Of a DNA stretch of 64,000 bases, positions 11,501-22,836 are shown in pieces. Both the position numbers and the translations under genes were made by a program. Numbering within the stretch: the stretch's first letter is position 1; the number at the start of each line of letters is the position of its first letter. The notes beneath the pieces were generated by a model. That model ran no database searches. It had not been told where the DNA came from and saw only the letters and a program-made list of their open reading frames with translations. The DNA comes from Halocafeteria seosinensis. Lineage: Eukaryota. The DNA is taken from positions 1 to 64,000 of the forward strand of contig LVLI01000364.1 of NCBI GenBank assembly GCA_001687465.1. The letters run 5' to 3'.

Positions 11501-14500
11501 CAAATTCAGGTAGGGTTGGCTGCCCGTTCTTCCTCTACACTCCCTAAAACAGCTTTTCTGGGGCTAAATGGTCAAGCTGAACCACTGGATAGTGATTATG
11601 GAAGATTCTGGGGAATTTCAACACACAATACGGACCCCGAAAAACGGAACTCACCCGTTTGGAATACTGATGTAGATTGGGGATATTATCTCAGTTCCGA
11701 GCTTCGCCAAATACTTTGTACGAGGTCTCGTTGCGAGGATAACAGGAAGCGTAATTCATATTTTCTGTCGACATGGGTAGTTCCCCTCGTGCATGGAACT
11801 TTCCACCAAGCAAACGTTTCAATGCTAGGGCAGCAGCTAACATTAACCCTCATCGCCAGACGGTCTCGCCATTTCGCTGGAACAAGATACCTGAAGCGTG
11901 GGGTTACGTCGGAGGGTTTCGTGGCTAACGATGTTGAAGTAGAGCAAATTTTGTCTGATGCCTTCGGCCGCTATACGAGCTACGTGCAAATGCGCGGCTC
12001 CGTTCCCGTGTTCTGGAGCCAGGTAGCCGACTTTAAGGTTCCCCGGCCCCCAGTGTTAATGAAACCGGTGGATCCCCATTACATGGCTTCCAAACGACAC
12101 TTCTACAAGCTATTTGAACGGTATGGAGGTCCAGTACTCTGCTTAAACTTAGTAAAAAAAAGACCTCGGTATCCGAAAGAGGTAGACCTTTCTAGGGAGT
12201 TCGCGCTAGCGGTTCGGTCCACCAATGGCGAGTTGCCCTCCTGTCCGGAACATCGCATTCAGATGCTCAGTTTAGATTTCAGTGAATTGGCGAAGAGCCC
12301 TACACATAACGTTTTACAAGCAATGAGAGATTCTGCTCTCTGGGGTTGTAACAACACTGGGTTCTTTGCTACCCACCCCCCAAGCGCTCTACTGAAGAAG
12401 TTTGGTGGACGTTCATCGACGAACACTAAAGAGTGTACATGCTCTAGGCACCACGACAATCCGGCTTCTCAATTCCGGCCCTATTTCTTACCGAATATGA
12501 ACTTGCCGGCAAGCGACTCTTCCCCTAGTCGTCGAGCTCATCAGCCGTTGCCACTTCTGTTGGACTTAATTATGCAGCGACTTGTTTATTTGTCACATGA
12601 TTTAAGTGACGGCCTGAGTAATGTTCGGAATGTGATGAAACATAGTTATGAGATATTTTTAAAAGAAGTGTCCTCCTACAAAGGAGCGCTTTCCGAGTTC
12701 AGAGACTTCTTTTCCCAGGACGAAGATTTTCTCAAGCAATGCCTAGCACCTTGGAGTTCTCGGCAAGAGGACCACGAGAAACATAGAGTGAGAATGAATG
12801 AAACGTTGGAGCTCCAGCGGAAATCTATTGCTTTTGTTGGAAGCGTAGCTAGGGCATCATTTTGCATTGAAGAACGCGATATATGCTCGGCCTTGTGTGG
12901 AAACCTTGAAGACCGTTCTGCATCCTTAGGGCCGGTGAGGACAATTCCGAAAATCTCCGCACCGCGCGAAAGAGTCATGCAATCCTTGGGTTTTATTTGC
13001 GCTTTGGTCCGATATGCATGTGTACTTGAAGACCCTGGTGCTCGGAGTTTTCACGAGTCAGCAGCCCCTTCAGCATTATCAAAAGGGTTCCGACACAACG
13101 AACAAGCGGTTGACCGATATGTGAAGGGCATACCAAGCCAGTTTAATTTTGGAGAACATATTGATAAGCCATCTAAATTTCTTCGGAAAGCGTTGCTTCG
13201 CCCTGCGTATGGAGCTGGCGAGCAATCGAAGCACAAGTCTTCCCCATCTAAGTGGGAGCGTAGCCGTGATTCACGAGGTGGATGGCAAGTGAACAACAGC
13301 AATAAAGCACTGACGAAGCCAAGAAGCAAACCGGCCTACATAAACTCGTTTGTTAGAGCTAAGACTGACGGAAGTCAAGATGGCTCTAATGCCCGGTTTG
13401 CAAGGGAGCTTGCTCATGGCAACCGTGGTACATGGATGACGAATCCAGAAGCGTATAGCAAGCTGTCCTCTTTAAAGAGTGCTGGATATGTTCTGCGAGC
13501 GTTTCGCCCCTCGTCTCACCCAGATTATTTTGGTCGTTTCTTTGATGCCGAGAAGGATATTTACATGCATTCACATCACCACTCGGCATGGACAGACGCA
13601 AATATGAAAAGTTTTTGGCATTTTTCGGGCAAACGGAGCCGCAATGGCATTTTCACGTGTCCTGCACAGGCCGCAAATGCTGATACATCGGCTTTCCGTA
13701 CTCTTTCCGTCTCTAGAATTCATACAGCAGTTGTCCCGCAAAGTGCGGATGAACACTCGCTTATTTACAGAAACAAGGAAAGCGTCGAACAGCATAGAAA
13801 AACTGGATGTCTGGTCTCGATGCATCCGGAAGTGGGCCTAGCGTGGAGGCTCTTAGAAGCTGAAAGTGTCGGTAGGTCGGACATATCCGTTTTGGACAGA
13901 CTGCGTCGTACGGTCGCAGGTTATCGCGGCTATAACCCAGATGAACAAACCGCATCTTGCCTTCGAGAGGCCGAAAACGAACTGTTGGACCACTCTGCTT
14001 TACAAAGCGACCCCCAAAATTATCTGCACCTCAATGTTAGCGGGCGTATGCGGTGTGAGGGATCTCTTCGTTCAACAGCACCCGCTGAAGATGAGGAACC
14101 GCAAGTGCTATTGCAGCATGGAGTCATGAGAAGTAATTGCGTCGACTGTCTTGACAGGACCAACGTTGCGCAATGTTGCTTTGGACTACATGTATTAGTG
14201 TTACAGCTGCAAGCTCTGGGGCTCGTACCAGTTACTGAGGAACCAGTCTGGGACGACAACCGTATGCATGAAGATGCTAGTGAATACATGTGTCCGGAAC
14301 ACCGAGACTTCCCTTCCTCTGCAGATGCATTTGGTTGGTTTTACCCGGGGTCGACTACTCTGCACCCCAGGTCTACTCTTGCAAGAGTCTGTATGGAAAT
14401 GTATGAGGATATGGGAGATCAGCTGGCATTGCAGTATGGTGGCTCAGAAGCTCACAAGAAGATAACGTCCCAGTCAACGCAACATGATCGGATTCTAGGT

Positions 14501-17500
14501 AAGGTTGCACGAAGGAAGGGGGCGGATGACGACATCAATGAGAGCCCTTTTGGCCCTGGGGCCGGATCTACTACATTTTATGTAGATTCGGCTCCCCAGA
14601 ACGTAAGTTCGACGGAGGAAGACGACACATTATACAAAAAGGAGCTGGGCCATTCGCCTGTGGCTAAAAAACCAAATGGAGAACCCGTCGGTGCAATTAC
14701 GCCATTGAACAAGGGAAGTGTAGAAATGCAGGCTCCGCAAAACGCAATCGCGTTCCGCGGAAGCGGAAGCATATGGCCTCAGAACGGCGCAGACAATCTC
14801 TCGCATGTCAGTTATTACGGAAAGGATAGTCAAAACCAGAACTCGACAGACAACTTTAGCTTAGCGAAAGTGCGACGTCACAATGCGTTTTACGAAGTAG
14901 GCAATAGCGCCCTTGACCCTCAACCAGGGTTGCACGTTTCGTTCCGCGAAGGTGTAACTGGAGGAAAGAATAGCAATGAGTCGGCATCAAATCGTGCTAT
15001 TGAATTACTGACATCGATAAGGAGATACGTGAGCAATACAATTCGAGATGCTCTGAAACAGGATGCGATGAACATCTTCTTGGGTGTGTATCAGCCCAAG
15101 CTGGCGGTAAGCCATTTATGGGATATGGACAGTGACTTCCTTTTACATAACGGGAGGAATTGGTGGCCAATTCTCGCCGTTGAAAGACTCAAGGAAACAG
15201 ACGATATATATCACGCCGTCAGAGTGTTTATACATCGGGCGATCTTCCGCGAGCAGTGGTGGCAAACGGCATTAGCGTCGTTCCGTAAGAATACGGCGAG
15301 AACCTGGGTTCCTCTTGCAAGTCGTCGGGAGAAATCGCGACGGCGTGTTTCCTTTCTTTTTTCTGATTCCAAACACATTACCATAAACTTTAAACAGGGA
15401 CTTTGCTATTCACGAGGCGGATTGGCGCACTCGGACAGCCTACACTATAAGCGGTCATTGAACTTCTTCGATGAAGCGTTATCAAGGCCTTTTTTCTACC
15501 CTCGAAAAATAATGGATTGGAAACGCTTCGGTTACGTCGATGAAGAGGCTTTGTTGACTCTGTGGAAACATATTGGTATAAGTGACACACTTCAAGACTC
15601 GCTCCTCCCTGCTGATAAGGCTGTATCAACGAGGACTGCCAGCAATAGTGCCGGTTTGGCTCTTGGCCAGACGAATGCGGAAGAAGCAGGAAACTACGGA
15701 AAGCAAAATTCAGTGTCTGTCGAAGAACCCGATCCTGCGGTCCGATCATCCGTCCCACGTCGCTCCGTTGTCGAAGGCTCTCAGTTCATCAGAATATTGG
15801 ATGAGTGCTCAGGTTCGGACGACAAGGATATGGGTATGTCTGCCGAAGAAAGGTGTCGAGTCCCACCTTGGCTTCGAGGGCGCAAAGATGTTTATGTTGA
15901 TGAAGCTGGCGAGATTGGATTCGTTCGCCAAGAAAATGGAACTAGCTCATCCGTGCAAGTCTTTGACAGCGACGTACGAGAAGATGACTATAAGGCGTAC
16001 GTGGTGTTCCCGAGGACGAAATCGCTAGCAGCGGGTTACGGGACTGAAGACAGTGTTGGGGTGGAAGGGATCAAGGTTCCAGTGGCTTCTCGGTTCCAGA
16101 ATTTCTCTGTCACGGATATAGAATGCTCAGAAATGTGGAAATATGCAGGGGTCGTTGTCATCGCGGACTACTATAGGACCTCTTTGGTGGACTATGGCTC
16201 AATAGTAGCTAGCGTTGAAGCTGGTAGAGCTCCTGGGCTTAAGCAAGTACCTCAAGAAGCTTTGCACCGTGTGGATAAATTCTCCTCGTTATTTTCGAGG
16301 GAACTGGTTCGGATGAGTGTGAATCCAAGTGGCCTTAGTGCAACTGAAGCAGGCTCAGCTGAAGACATTCCTGCAGTCATGGACAAGTACGACAGGTTGT
16401 ACACGATTATGCTTCCTGCTGATCGCACATTTGTGAATTATACTAAGGAAGAAATGATAGAACGACGGTATCAGAGATACATTCGAGAAGGACTGGTGTC
16501 GAGACAGTCCAACCGAGTTGAAATACGAGCTTCTGTTGGTAAAATTGTACGTTGTCTCTGTGGACATTTGTTCTTTCAAGCCATCAAAGACATCCATGGA
16601 AGTCTTGCTACTAATATTAATTTCGAGAGCACAAAGGATCCGTTCCGCCGCTGTTCCCGCAACCGTGGAGGAAAGCTGTCGAAGGGAACGGGTCGTCAAT
16701 CCCCGAAGGCTCTTCATACAGGCCATAGCCACGGTATTGATGACTTTCTGCAAGCTAAGGGTGGAATGGGAATTGGTTACCAGTATGGAGCGTTCCGCTC
16801 GGTAAACGCCGCTCCCTTTGCTCAAGCTGGGTGTTCATGGGACCTGGTGCAGTTGCTGGGGGAATACAGCATTACCCTATATACCCGTGCATCTGTCGAA
16901 GGTGCCCATGAATCGTTGGACGCTATGGTATCATTTTTGTGTATGCTTGGTCGAGAAGAAAACGCTTCGTTCGTCCCGTACAATTCTCAAATCAGCGCAT
17001 CATCAACATTTATGAATCCGGAGTGGCATGTTCACGTCGATACGGCCTTATGCGTAGCTGACGGCAAGGATTCTTTAGAAACTGTGCTAGGGAAGATAAA
17101 AAAATATGTGAATGACCAGAATTACGCTGTTCAAGACCCAGATCCCGCAGGAACCCATGCTCGTTATCAGCTAGTAAAAGCTGCGAAAGATCGTTATTCC
17201 ACGATTCTACACGATCCTGTAAAGTTCTATCGCCAATTGTCCGCAGAGAGTAGCTGGATCAGCAAATTCCACACCTGTTGGAAGGAAATGGACGTGAGAG
17301 ACCTCTTTGCAACGCAGTCATTGATGAAACTTGTTCAATTGCTTAAAAATATCGATTTCGTTTTGTTTAGGAGGGACAGTAGCACCCACCTCCCCAGGCA
17401 CCTAATTCCAAAAATTCTCGTCAAACCATCGGAGCCGAAATTGACGAAGGAAGATGAAGACACTGTCGAAACGTATCATGACAAGGAATACGACCTTCTC

Positions 17501-18079
17501 TATAAAGAGTCAAGTAATATTGGACTAAGTGCTGGATGGTACAATTGCACAATGCCAAATGGAGTGGGCATGCAGTGGCAGCTGAGTAGTGAAGATCACA
17601 GTTCTTTCACGAGCTACTGTCAAAAGCTGTCGACCATACAGAGTAAAGCACAAGTCGAGAATAATCAGACGCATAGCCGCTATGAGGATGAGGAAGCGCC
17701 GATTCCTCCAAATTCGTGGATCACAGAAGCCGACAAACAGTTGTATAAGGATTATGCTTCGATCGGTATCCATCAAGGAGCGGAAATGCCGGGGAAATGG
17801 TTTAAGGCACGCCAAATAGATGTGGAGAGTTTATTAGCTCAACACGATAAACGCAAGGAAGAGCATTTCTCGCAATGTGTAGATGTTGGTTTCTTCAACG
17901 TGTCAGCTGATAATTTGGATGACACGGCTAGACAGCAAAAGAACTGGGGAGCTAGTTATGAACTTTTGCGACACTGGAGAAACGACAACGATATTGTCTA
18001 TTCCGCTTCTACATTGCAAAACAGGGCGCAAGACAATCTTCAGGTTTATCAACAGTACACTGATAAGTTGACCCTGTGA
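8552..18079 (+). CDS. FIG4: FIG4/SAC3-like polyphosphoinositide 5-phosphatase with N-terminal PH domain and very large insertions (3175 aa, single ORF)
   Basis: SAC motifs DFYLSYTFDLT, LIARRSRHFAGTRYLKRG, VANDVEVEQ, SYVQMRGSVPVFWSQ, catalytic RSNCVDCLDRTNVAQ (~14130-14175), GDQLALQYGGSEAH, SIRRYVSN..DALKQDAMNIFLG. PH-like segment LSGWMLH..TRWFIL..QLKTWFNALERV at ~9362-9665. Confidence 0.9.
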   Translation: MNTDDDPKRHGREDGGRRSHDLPDLGDQMEAKEEEFHSSANAPSSHASAGTDVDNNDSGAAAAASGANDKARGKERAGSGIWPFSKQEGGGGLFSTKPGFFGRFKRNKRDSIKKKSKKKGDDETGLTADEDFIFRSKSQPIRKRGDQFFTEQSSREPRSKRNERDTAYAGTSSSSAKPREAPAGDTQAAGTENGTQALSPTRSVTLNGDQVGHQYAASETTARNIDADNTGDEAVKGGGAASVNSSEDNLSRSQSFFNYHALPFSPNFGGDLSGWMLHVRRRHLFGVTTRWFILSTRNRCLYKANSPLDTPVAFARIDRAIISMCSVGSRECISIESKHFGEESGRTKRRFLTSDSSIQLKTWFNALERVASQYASTSPRHSPHNTTANAAAPVTRPPLMLGDSYDTNSYEYKVVKQGLTSFLSRVLFSLLHSGRDVMETHPYMKQIQTARRLVQLRDAKWYHQNYQEMLRTFMDLENEVEEEGGSAGYYGENGLSSHGAKLVSLAQTYARRMPSNLIQETLIDSSATQDEVDAVHRMERMLGTLYSEAYTTDSYDVVGRLAQILKAVDVDTLLKGSYHFAHIGDQELGTDSITSPNNVVKKRDIQNEAALDQPAVKEAAQYAPLEHQRRLRGDTSLADSESQSDESDNIESSSSSESDEEGNNIEELRESDEQSDDSEEEETPPGSRCRYRGETQGNQSGTSIDTERGYSDTDNRVASLPPTFKCMHNIDVFASPNVMLLFGHIHHHSSKTGSVGTGAHMTHTHGGRRAGISQQRSKFRAMLLDRRNDNPSSLDSIVLWANESVLLIVEEKELLVNLIKQGKEADALQALRTIECEYKTRDQISYSNTLAPFYDSANKGRHERPIVWDQQDWIELSTRGLVGTISFLKGYYLLLILKRKRVGVIGAHQIFGISEYLLLPVIYSNLGISRSIWSRFRQKLSSVLGHDDFTVAEGRYRSLFCQVDLGKDFYLSYTFDLTRHLQQQIQVGLAARSSSTLPKTAFLGLNGQAEPLDSDYGRFWGISTHNTDPEKRNSPVWNTDVDWGYYLSSELRQILCTRSRCEDNRKRNSYFLSTWVVPLVHGTFHQANVSMLGQQLTLTLIARRSRHFAGTRYLKRGVTSEGFVANDVEVEQILSDAFGRYTSYVQMRGSVPVFWSQVADFKVPRPPVLMKPVDPHYMASKRHFYKLFERYGGPVLCLNLVKKRPRYPKEVDLSREFALAVRSTNGELPSCPEHRIQMLSLDFSELAKSPTHNVLQAMRDSALWGCNNTGFFATHPPSALLKKFGGRSSTNTKECTCSRHHDNPASQFRPYFLPNMNLPASDSSPSRRAHQPLPLLLDLIMQRLVYLSHDLSDGLSNVRNVMKHSYEIFLKEVSSYKGALSEFRDFFSQDEDFLKQCLAPWSSRQEDHEKHRVRMNETLELQRKSIAFVGSVARASFCIEERDICSALCGNLEDRSASLGPVRTIPKISAPRERVMQSLGFICALVRYACVLEDPGARSFHESAAPSALSKGFRHNEQAVDRYVKGIPSQFNFGEHIDKPSKFLRKALLRPAYGAGEQSKHKSSPSKWERSRDSRGGWQVNNSNKALTKPRSKPAYINSFVRAKTDGSQDGSNARFARELAHGNRGTWMTNPEAYSKLSSLKSAGYVLRAFRPSSHPDYFGRFFDAEKDIYMHSHHHSAWTDANMKSFWHFSGKRSRNGIFTCPAQAANADTSAFRTLSVSRIHTAVVPQSADEHSLIYRNKESVEQHRKTGCLVSMHPEVGLAWRLLEAESVGRSDISVLDRLRRTVAGYRGYNPDEQTASCLREAENELLDHSALQSDPQNYLHLNVSGRMRCEGSLRSTAPAEDEEPQVLLQHGVMRSNCVDCLDRTNVAQCCFGLHVLVLQLQALGLVPVTEEPVWDDNRMHEDASEYMCPEHRDFPSSADAFGWFYPGSTTLHPRSTLARVCMEMYEDMGDQLALQYGGSEAHKKITSQSTQHDRILGKVARRKGADDDINESPFGPGAGSTTFYVDSAPQNVSSTEEDDTLYKKELGHSPVAKKPNGEPVGAITPLNKGSVEMQAPQNAIAFRGSGSIWPQNGADNLSHVSYYGKDSQNQNSTDNFSLAKVRRHNAFYEVGNSALDPQPGLHVSFREGVTGGKNSNESASNRAIELLTSIRRYVSNTIRDALKQDAMNIFLGVYQPKLAVSHLWDMDSDFLLHNGRNWWPILAVERLKETDDIYHAVRVFIHRAIFREQWWQTALASFRKNTARTWVPLASRREKSRRRVSFLFSDSKHITINFKQGLCYSRGGLAHSDSLHYKRSLNFFDEALSRPFFYPRKIMDWKRFGYVDEEALLTLWKHIGISDTLQDSLLPADKAVSTRTASNSAGLALGQTNAEEAGNYGKQNSVSVEEPDPAVRSSVPRRSVVEGSQFIRILDECSGSDDKDMGMSAEERCRVPPWLRGRKDVYVDEAGEIGFVRQENGTSSSVQVFDSDVREDDYKAYVVFPRTKSLAAGYGTEDSVGVEGIKVPVASRFQNFSVTDIECSEMWKYAGVVVIADYYRTSLVDYGSIVASVEAGRAPGLKQVPQEALHRVDKFSSLFSRELVRMSVNPSGLSATEAGSAEDIPAVMDKYDRLYTIMLPADRTFVNYTKEEMIERRYQRYIREGLVSRQSNRVEIRASVGKIVRCLCGHLFFQAIKDIHGSLATNINFESTKDPFRRCSRNRGGKLSKGTGRQSPKALHTGHSHGIDDFLQAKGGMGIGYQYGAFRSVNAAPFAQAGCSWDLVQLLGEYSITLYTRASVEGAHESLDAMVSFLCMLGREENASFVPYNSQISASSTFMNPEWHVHVDTALCVADGKDSLETVLGKIKKYVNDQNYAVQDPDPAGTHARYQLVKAAKDRYSTILHDPVKFYRQLSAESSWISKFHTCWKEMDVRDLFATQSLMKLVQLLKNIDFVLFRRDSSTHLPRHLIPKILVKPSEPKLTKEDEDTVETYHDKEYDLLYKESSNIGLSAGWYNCTMPNGVGMQWQLSSEDHSSFTSYCQKLSTIQSKAQVENNQTHSRYEDEEAPIPPNSWITEADKQLYKDYASIGIHQGAEMPGKWFKARQIDVESLLAQHDKRKEEHFSQCVDVGFFNVSADNLDDTARQQKNWGASYELLRHWRNDNDIVYSASTLQNRAQDNLQVYQQYTDKLTL

Positions 18080-18085
18080 TGCACT

Positions 18086-20298
18086 TCAGCCTAGTTTTCC
18101 TACTTGGTCCTTGTATTCACGAGATCTTATTCCCATATAAACAAAGCTGTCGAGCAGACCAATGACTGTAAACACTCCTCCAATAATAGCGCACATTTGA
18201 GTTACAAAATGATACAGTGGCTTATCTCGTTCTTCAGTGCGGACCGTGAGAGGGGACAGATCGTACGATATCTCAATATACGGAAGTTTTGTTTCAACTT
18301 GTAGCTGCAGATAATGACAGGAACGCACAGTAGCATAACAAAACGTGCGTGAACACTGAAGCCATGAGTTACTTACGGAATGGCTATTCCCTGCATATCG
18401 AAACGTGTTAACGCTGTCTCCCTTAGAAAAGGTGAAGGAGGACCCAACGACTTTCGCATAGTGTTCATGTATTATAAACTGCGCCCATTCCAAAACAACA
18501 GTAGAGGCAAACGTGTTTCCAACGAGCCAACGGCACTAACTTACTGATTTATCTGAAACAAAAGTGGTGTTCGACATGGCGTGCATTCCCTGCAGAGCGT
18601 CCGATGGAAGTTTTGCCTTTTGCTCCTCCGACAGCAATGCACCAAAGCTCAATGAATGTATCATGTGAGTGAGGTTTAATTTATCCATAGCGAACGAATG
18701 TCCCCCCTTTAGGTCGACCGTCACCGCAAGAGTACCTGGTACTTTTGGAACGCGTATAAATCCCGCGATGTTGCATCCCAAGGGCTTGGAGTATGGACTA
18801 CCGTTGTTGCCCTGTAGTGCTCTACCCTCCGTCGCAGCTCCTTTCGGGCCCAGGGTAGCGTCATCTACGTCTCCTTTTTGGCTATTCCCCATTGCCTTCC
18901 CACCATCTGAAGTGTCCACATCATCCTCCACTTTCCCAGTCCTCTCATTTTCTACTTCTTCGTCCGAACGTAGTGAATCACCAGGAGCCACGAGTCCAGC
19001 TTTATGCAAAGCGGCGGATAATTTCTTCTTCAATGGCGCGTCTGAACCAACTCCGGACCATTTTCCTGCTGGTGTAACGCCAGTCATCTTGTGTGTCTTT
19101 GCATCTGGTCCTTCAAGACGGTCGACCCCCTCCCTTTCAGCGGCGACCTGCTCATAACGTGTCATAAACGCTAGAAGAGCGTCAGGTGTCCGATCTCCAT
19201 AATAATGTACATGAGTATAGCCCTCGTGATGATCCTTGGGAGCTTTGGTTTTCGCCTTACGAAACAGTACTATCGAAGGATATGCTTGAACGTGGTTTTC
19301 AAAGCATGTTTTCTTTGAATCTTGCCGGGTGCAATCCACCTTAACTAATCCAGCCTGCTTTGAGAGTTCTGGAGCGACCACGTCTTCTGGCGTAGGACCC
19401 CGTTCTTCCAATACTGTGGGGATGCTTTCCTGGTCGGGTAAACCCATTTCCTTCAAGTGTTCAGTGTGAATATGCATCTTTCCGTCATATGAGCTTTTCC
19501 CTGATGCTTCTGCTTCAGCAAGTATCTTTGCTGCCTGCTCCCATACCGGCTCTAGTTTCCGACACCACCCACACCAAGGTGCAAAAAAATTAACAAGGAC
19601 GAGCTCGTGGGAATGAAGATAAGTTTCAAAAGTCTCGTCTGTTAACAGTAAACTACTTCCATCTACCTCGGGCTCTATATCTGCTAGCACCAAAAAAAGG
19701 AGCAATAAGGCAATATCAGTACAAATTCATTTTCGACGTATGCACGTACTCTCAGCATAGCGTGGAGTGGTTGGTTCGTCCAGGGCTCTTCCTAGTCGTT
19801 CCGAAGTTTCGAAATCGATATTGTGTTTTTCGATATTTTTTGTCACATTTCGCTGAGAGGTAGATACCAAAGTCGGTGATAACACGCAATTTGTAGCCCC
19901 CTTTGCATACACCAAGTACGTACTCGACGAGCGCCCAGTACATCCGATACGTCCACTCTAGCATACTGGCATCCTAATCTGCGGGCCGCAGACACCCCAT
20001 TTGTTCGCAACGGACGACATCAACACGAAAAGGAGGGTGCTTCATCTTACCTGTGTAAGGACAAATTGAAGTGTATCGTCAATTCTTGGTCCAAAGACGA
20101 ATCCAGGACGATTTCGCTCTGGATTTCTTTTTTCAGATACTCTGTGAATTCCGCGAAGAAGAGCATGGCCATCACGAGTGCTGCCAGACACGATACAGCC
20201 ACACCCCATCGTGACGATTCTAGCTCGGATTCATCCTTAATACGCTTGTAATTGAATAAATCCAGCCTCCGGAAGAGGCTGCGACTGGCAGTCGACAT
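18086..20298 (-). CDS. ERGIC/Erv41-46 family protein with internal thioredoxin domain (PDIL5-4/PDI-C type); multi-exon
   Basis: ERGIC_N (FRRLDLF..TM..IHFNLSLHRLGCQYARVDVSDVLG after splicing), thioredoxin FFAPWCGWC..VQAYPSI, and COPII-ERV C-terminus (GCNIAGFIRVPKVPG, LNLTHMIHSLSFG, YDLSPLTV, HFVTQMCAIIGGVFTV, ends GKLG). Confidence 0.88.
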
Positions 20299-21185
20299 CC
20301 TTTTTCTCGTTCTCCGTCCTTTCAAACGATTCACTTCCACTCTAACATGGAACTACCACTGTCGATGCACCTCAAAAGACTGATGAGAGTGCAATCTAAT
20401 CTCCGGGAAACACTTAAATAAACTCCAAAAAAACAGAGCCATCCAAATCATTTTTGTGAAGTTGCTTTCCGCAGTTAAGAATCCAGTTGGAACTTGGAAG
20501 CCATCCAATGGCTGCTACAGAGGGGGTCGCAGATAGTGAAAAACCCCATGATGAAAAAACTCGTTGCAGAATTAGCCATTCCTGATGGTTTGCTGAGATA
20601 CCGAGACGGTGGTATGAAAGTGGTCCTGTGGATCAAACATTTCGTTTCGCACTCATTGTACACTTCTTCCTCTTTTTGAACTTTTTGGTCTCATCTCGGC
20701 CGCATTTTGAAGTCCTTTACGGGTCATCAGATAAACATAGTCGACACCAGTACAGTTGTACCTGGTAGGAAACGTCGGTGCGATTTAAGCCAACTTGGTG
20801 AATCGCTTGCAGGGCGTGAACTGTCACACGCGGAGGTCGCCAGTACTGGTTAGATATTTCTCACCCTGATTCCTCAGTATACTCCCTCAATTTCGGTTTA
20901 CGCAGGTATAAAACTTACAACAATTGAATCGTATTACCAAAAAGATACATATGCTTTGATTGCTTACTGTGTGGTACCATCCCGGCGACTGCTGTTAAGT
21001 TTCATGCATTGCCGGAACTGACACCATCGGAATTCCATAGAATATCCAGGCAGTGAGAATGGATATAAAAAGTTTGTTAAAATTACACGATTGTTGCTAT
21101 TACATTAAGAAAAGCTGTGACTACTCAATTGGCGTCGCACCTGACTGTACTTGAGTCTACTGCACGGTTGCACTAAGGACTAACA

Positions 21186-22836
21186 ATGGCAGAGCAGCAG
21201 CCGCTGCACTTAGTATCGGACGACGGTACATCCTCTAAAGAAGAGATGCATCGCGTGCCTCTACTCTCCAAGAGCATGGAAAACGATGACTCTTCTCCAA
21301 TTAATGCTTCAGAAAAGGATTCTGACAATGGGTACAGGCAGACACCGTTAATTACACCCAAGTTGATACTTCTCGTTGTCGGCTTAATTGCGGCACGATC
21401 TGCGGATCAAGCAATTTACTATCGCATAGCTTACGAGATGGACAAATTTTCGTGGTTCTTGAGTGCGTTTGTTCTTCCTTTTGGCTTCCTGGCTGTGGTA
21501 TTCCCGATTGCTTGGTATAAGCTCTTGTTTACCTCCTCCGTACCAAAAGAGACACGGAGATGGGGCGTACACAAACTATTTTGTGTTTTCGGCATATTGG
21601 ATACGCTTTTCAACGTCGTGTCCACGCTTCCAGTAGAACCAATTGGAGGAACTGCAGCAAACGTTCTTAGCCAGTCTGTAATACCGTTTCAAATGGTTTG
21701 TAACTACCTGTTCCTGGGTAATTCATTCCGCAAGAGTCACTATCTAGGAGTCACACTAGCTGTATATGGAGTTCTCGTGAAGTTAATACCACAGTTTCAG
21801 GGCAACAGCGACTCATCAAACGGGGCGAGTTCGAGTGGTATTGCGTATATAGGATGGTCACTTGTGATGATCGCAAGTGCCATCCCTAGTGCCATGAGCA
21901 ACGCCGTAAGTTGTACTGGTATTGTTTGCTTGACTTCCTTGAGTCCAGGATTTCTTTTGTCCACAATGGTTCGACAGTTCAAAGAAGTTGTGCTTAAGAA
22001 AGTACCAAACTTGGACGAATTTTATATGGCAGCAAATGTAGGCCTATGGCAACTAATTTTTGGAATGGTGACAATACCGACAATTGGAATTCCCTTTACG
22101 GCCAACTACGTCCCCTTAAACCGTAAGGCCCTTAACTTTGTCTTGTTCAAGACTAGACATGAACTTCTCTTGTTCTCTCAACGACGCAGAGTTGGGCGAT
22201 TACATTAAAGACGCGAGTAACTGCTTCGTTGGCAACCAGCCTCACCAGAAAAGCGAGTGTAAGGGTTGCTTCCTCCTTGCACCCAGTATAAACATGATAA
22301 CGAAGTTGGTCCGCGCAGGTGGTAATGGGGCAGGAGGTGTCGCTCCCGTATGGTTGTTCTTGATCTTCGTGGGATTCAACATAACATTCAATCTGTTGAT
22401 GCTCATGATCTTTCGCCAAGGTTCAAGTGTCCTCTTTGTTGTTGCATCTACAGTGCGTCTACCCCTTGTTGACATCCTGCTGATGTGGAGGCTACTTTCT
22501 GGCCCTGCCTATGCTAAGTTTTCCTTATTCGATGGGTTTGCGCTTTTTGCTTTGATCGTGGGTATCGCTGCTTATCAATCAGACCCAGAAATTCCCGGAA
22601 ATGGTCCACGGCTAAAATCATTTTTTTATAGATTGTGCCAGCGATTGAGCATTTCTTGTCCATGCTGGTCATTCAAAGCAAGGTGGTGCGGAACTCCTCG
22701 TTCTGATGCTGACCATCTGCAAGAAGCTGAGGGCTTCATACAACGAGCCCCGGAAACATACTCATTGGTGAAGGAAGCAAGAGACACGTCGCCATACACT
22801 GCTGTACAAGACGATCCTTTAGAAGGACCGGTGTAA
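21186..22836 (+). CDS. Chloroquine-resistance-transporter-like (CRT/CLT) drug-metabolite transporter; about 3 introns
   Basis: About 10 TM segments; GILD, LSQSVIPFQM, HYLG, SAIPSAMSN..KE, WQLIFG, CFVG, FNITFNLLMLMIFRQGSSVL. Introns near 21906-21977, 22123-22188 and 22259-22318. Confidence 0.85.
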
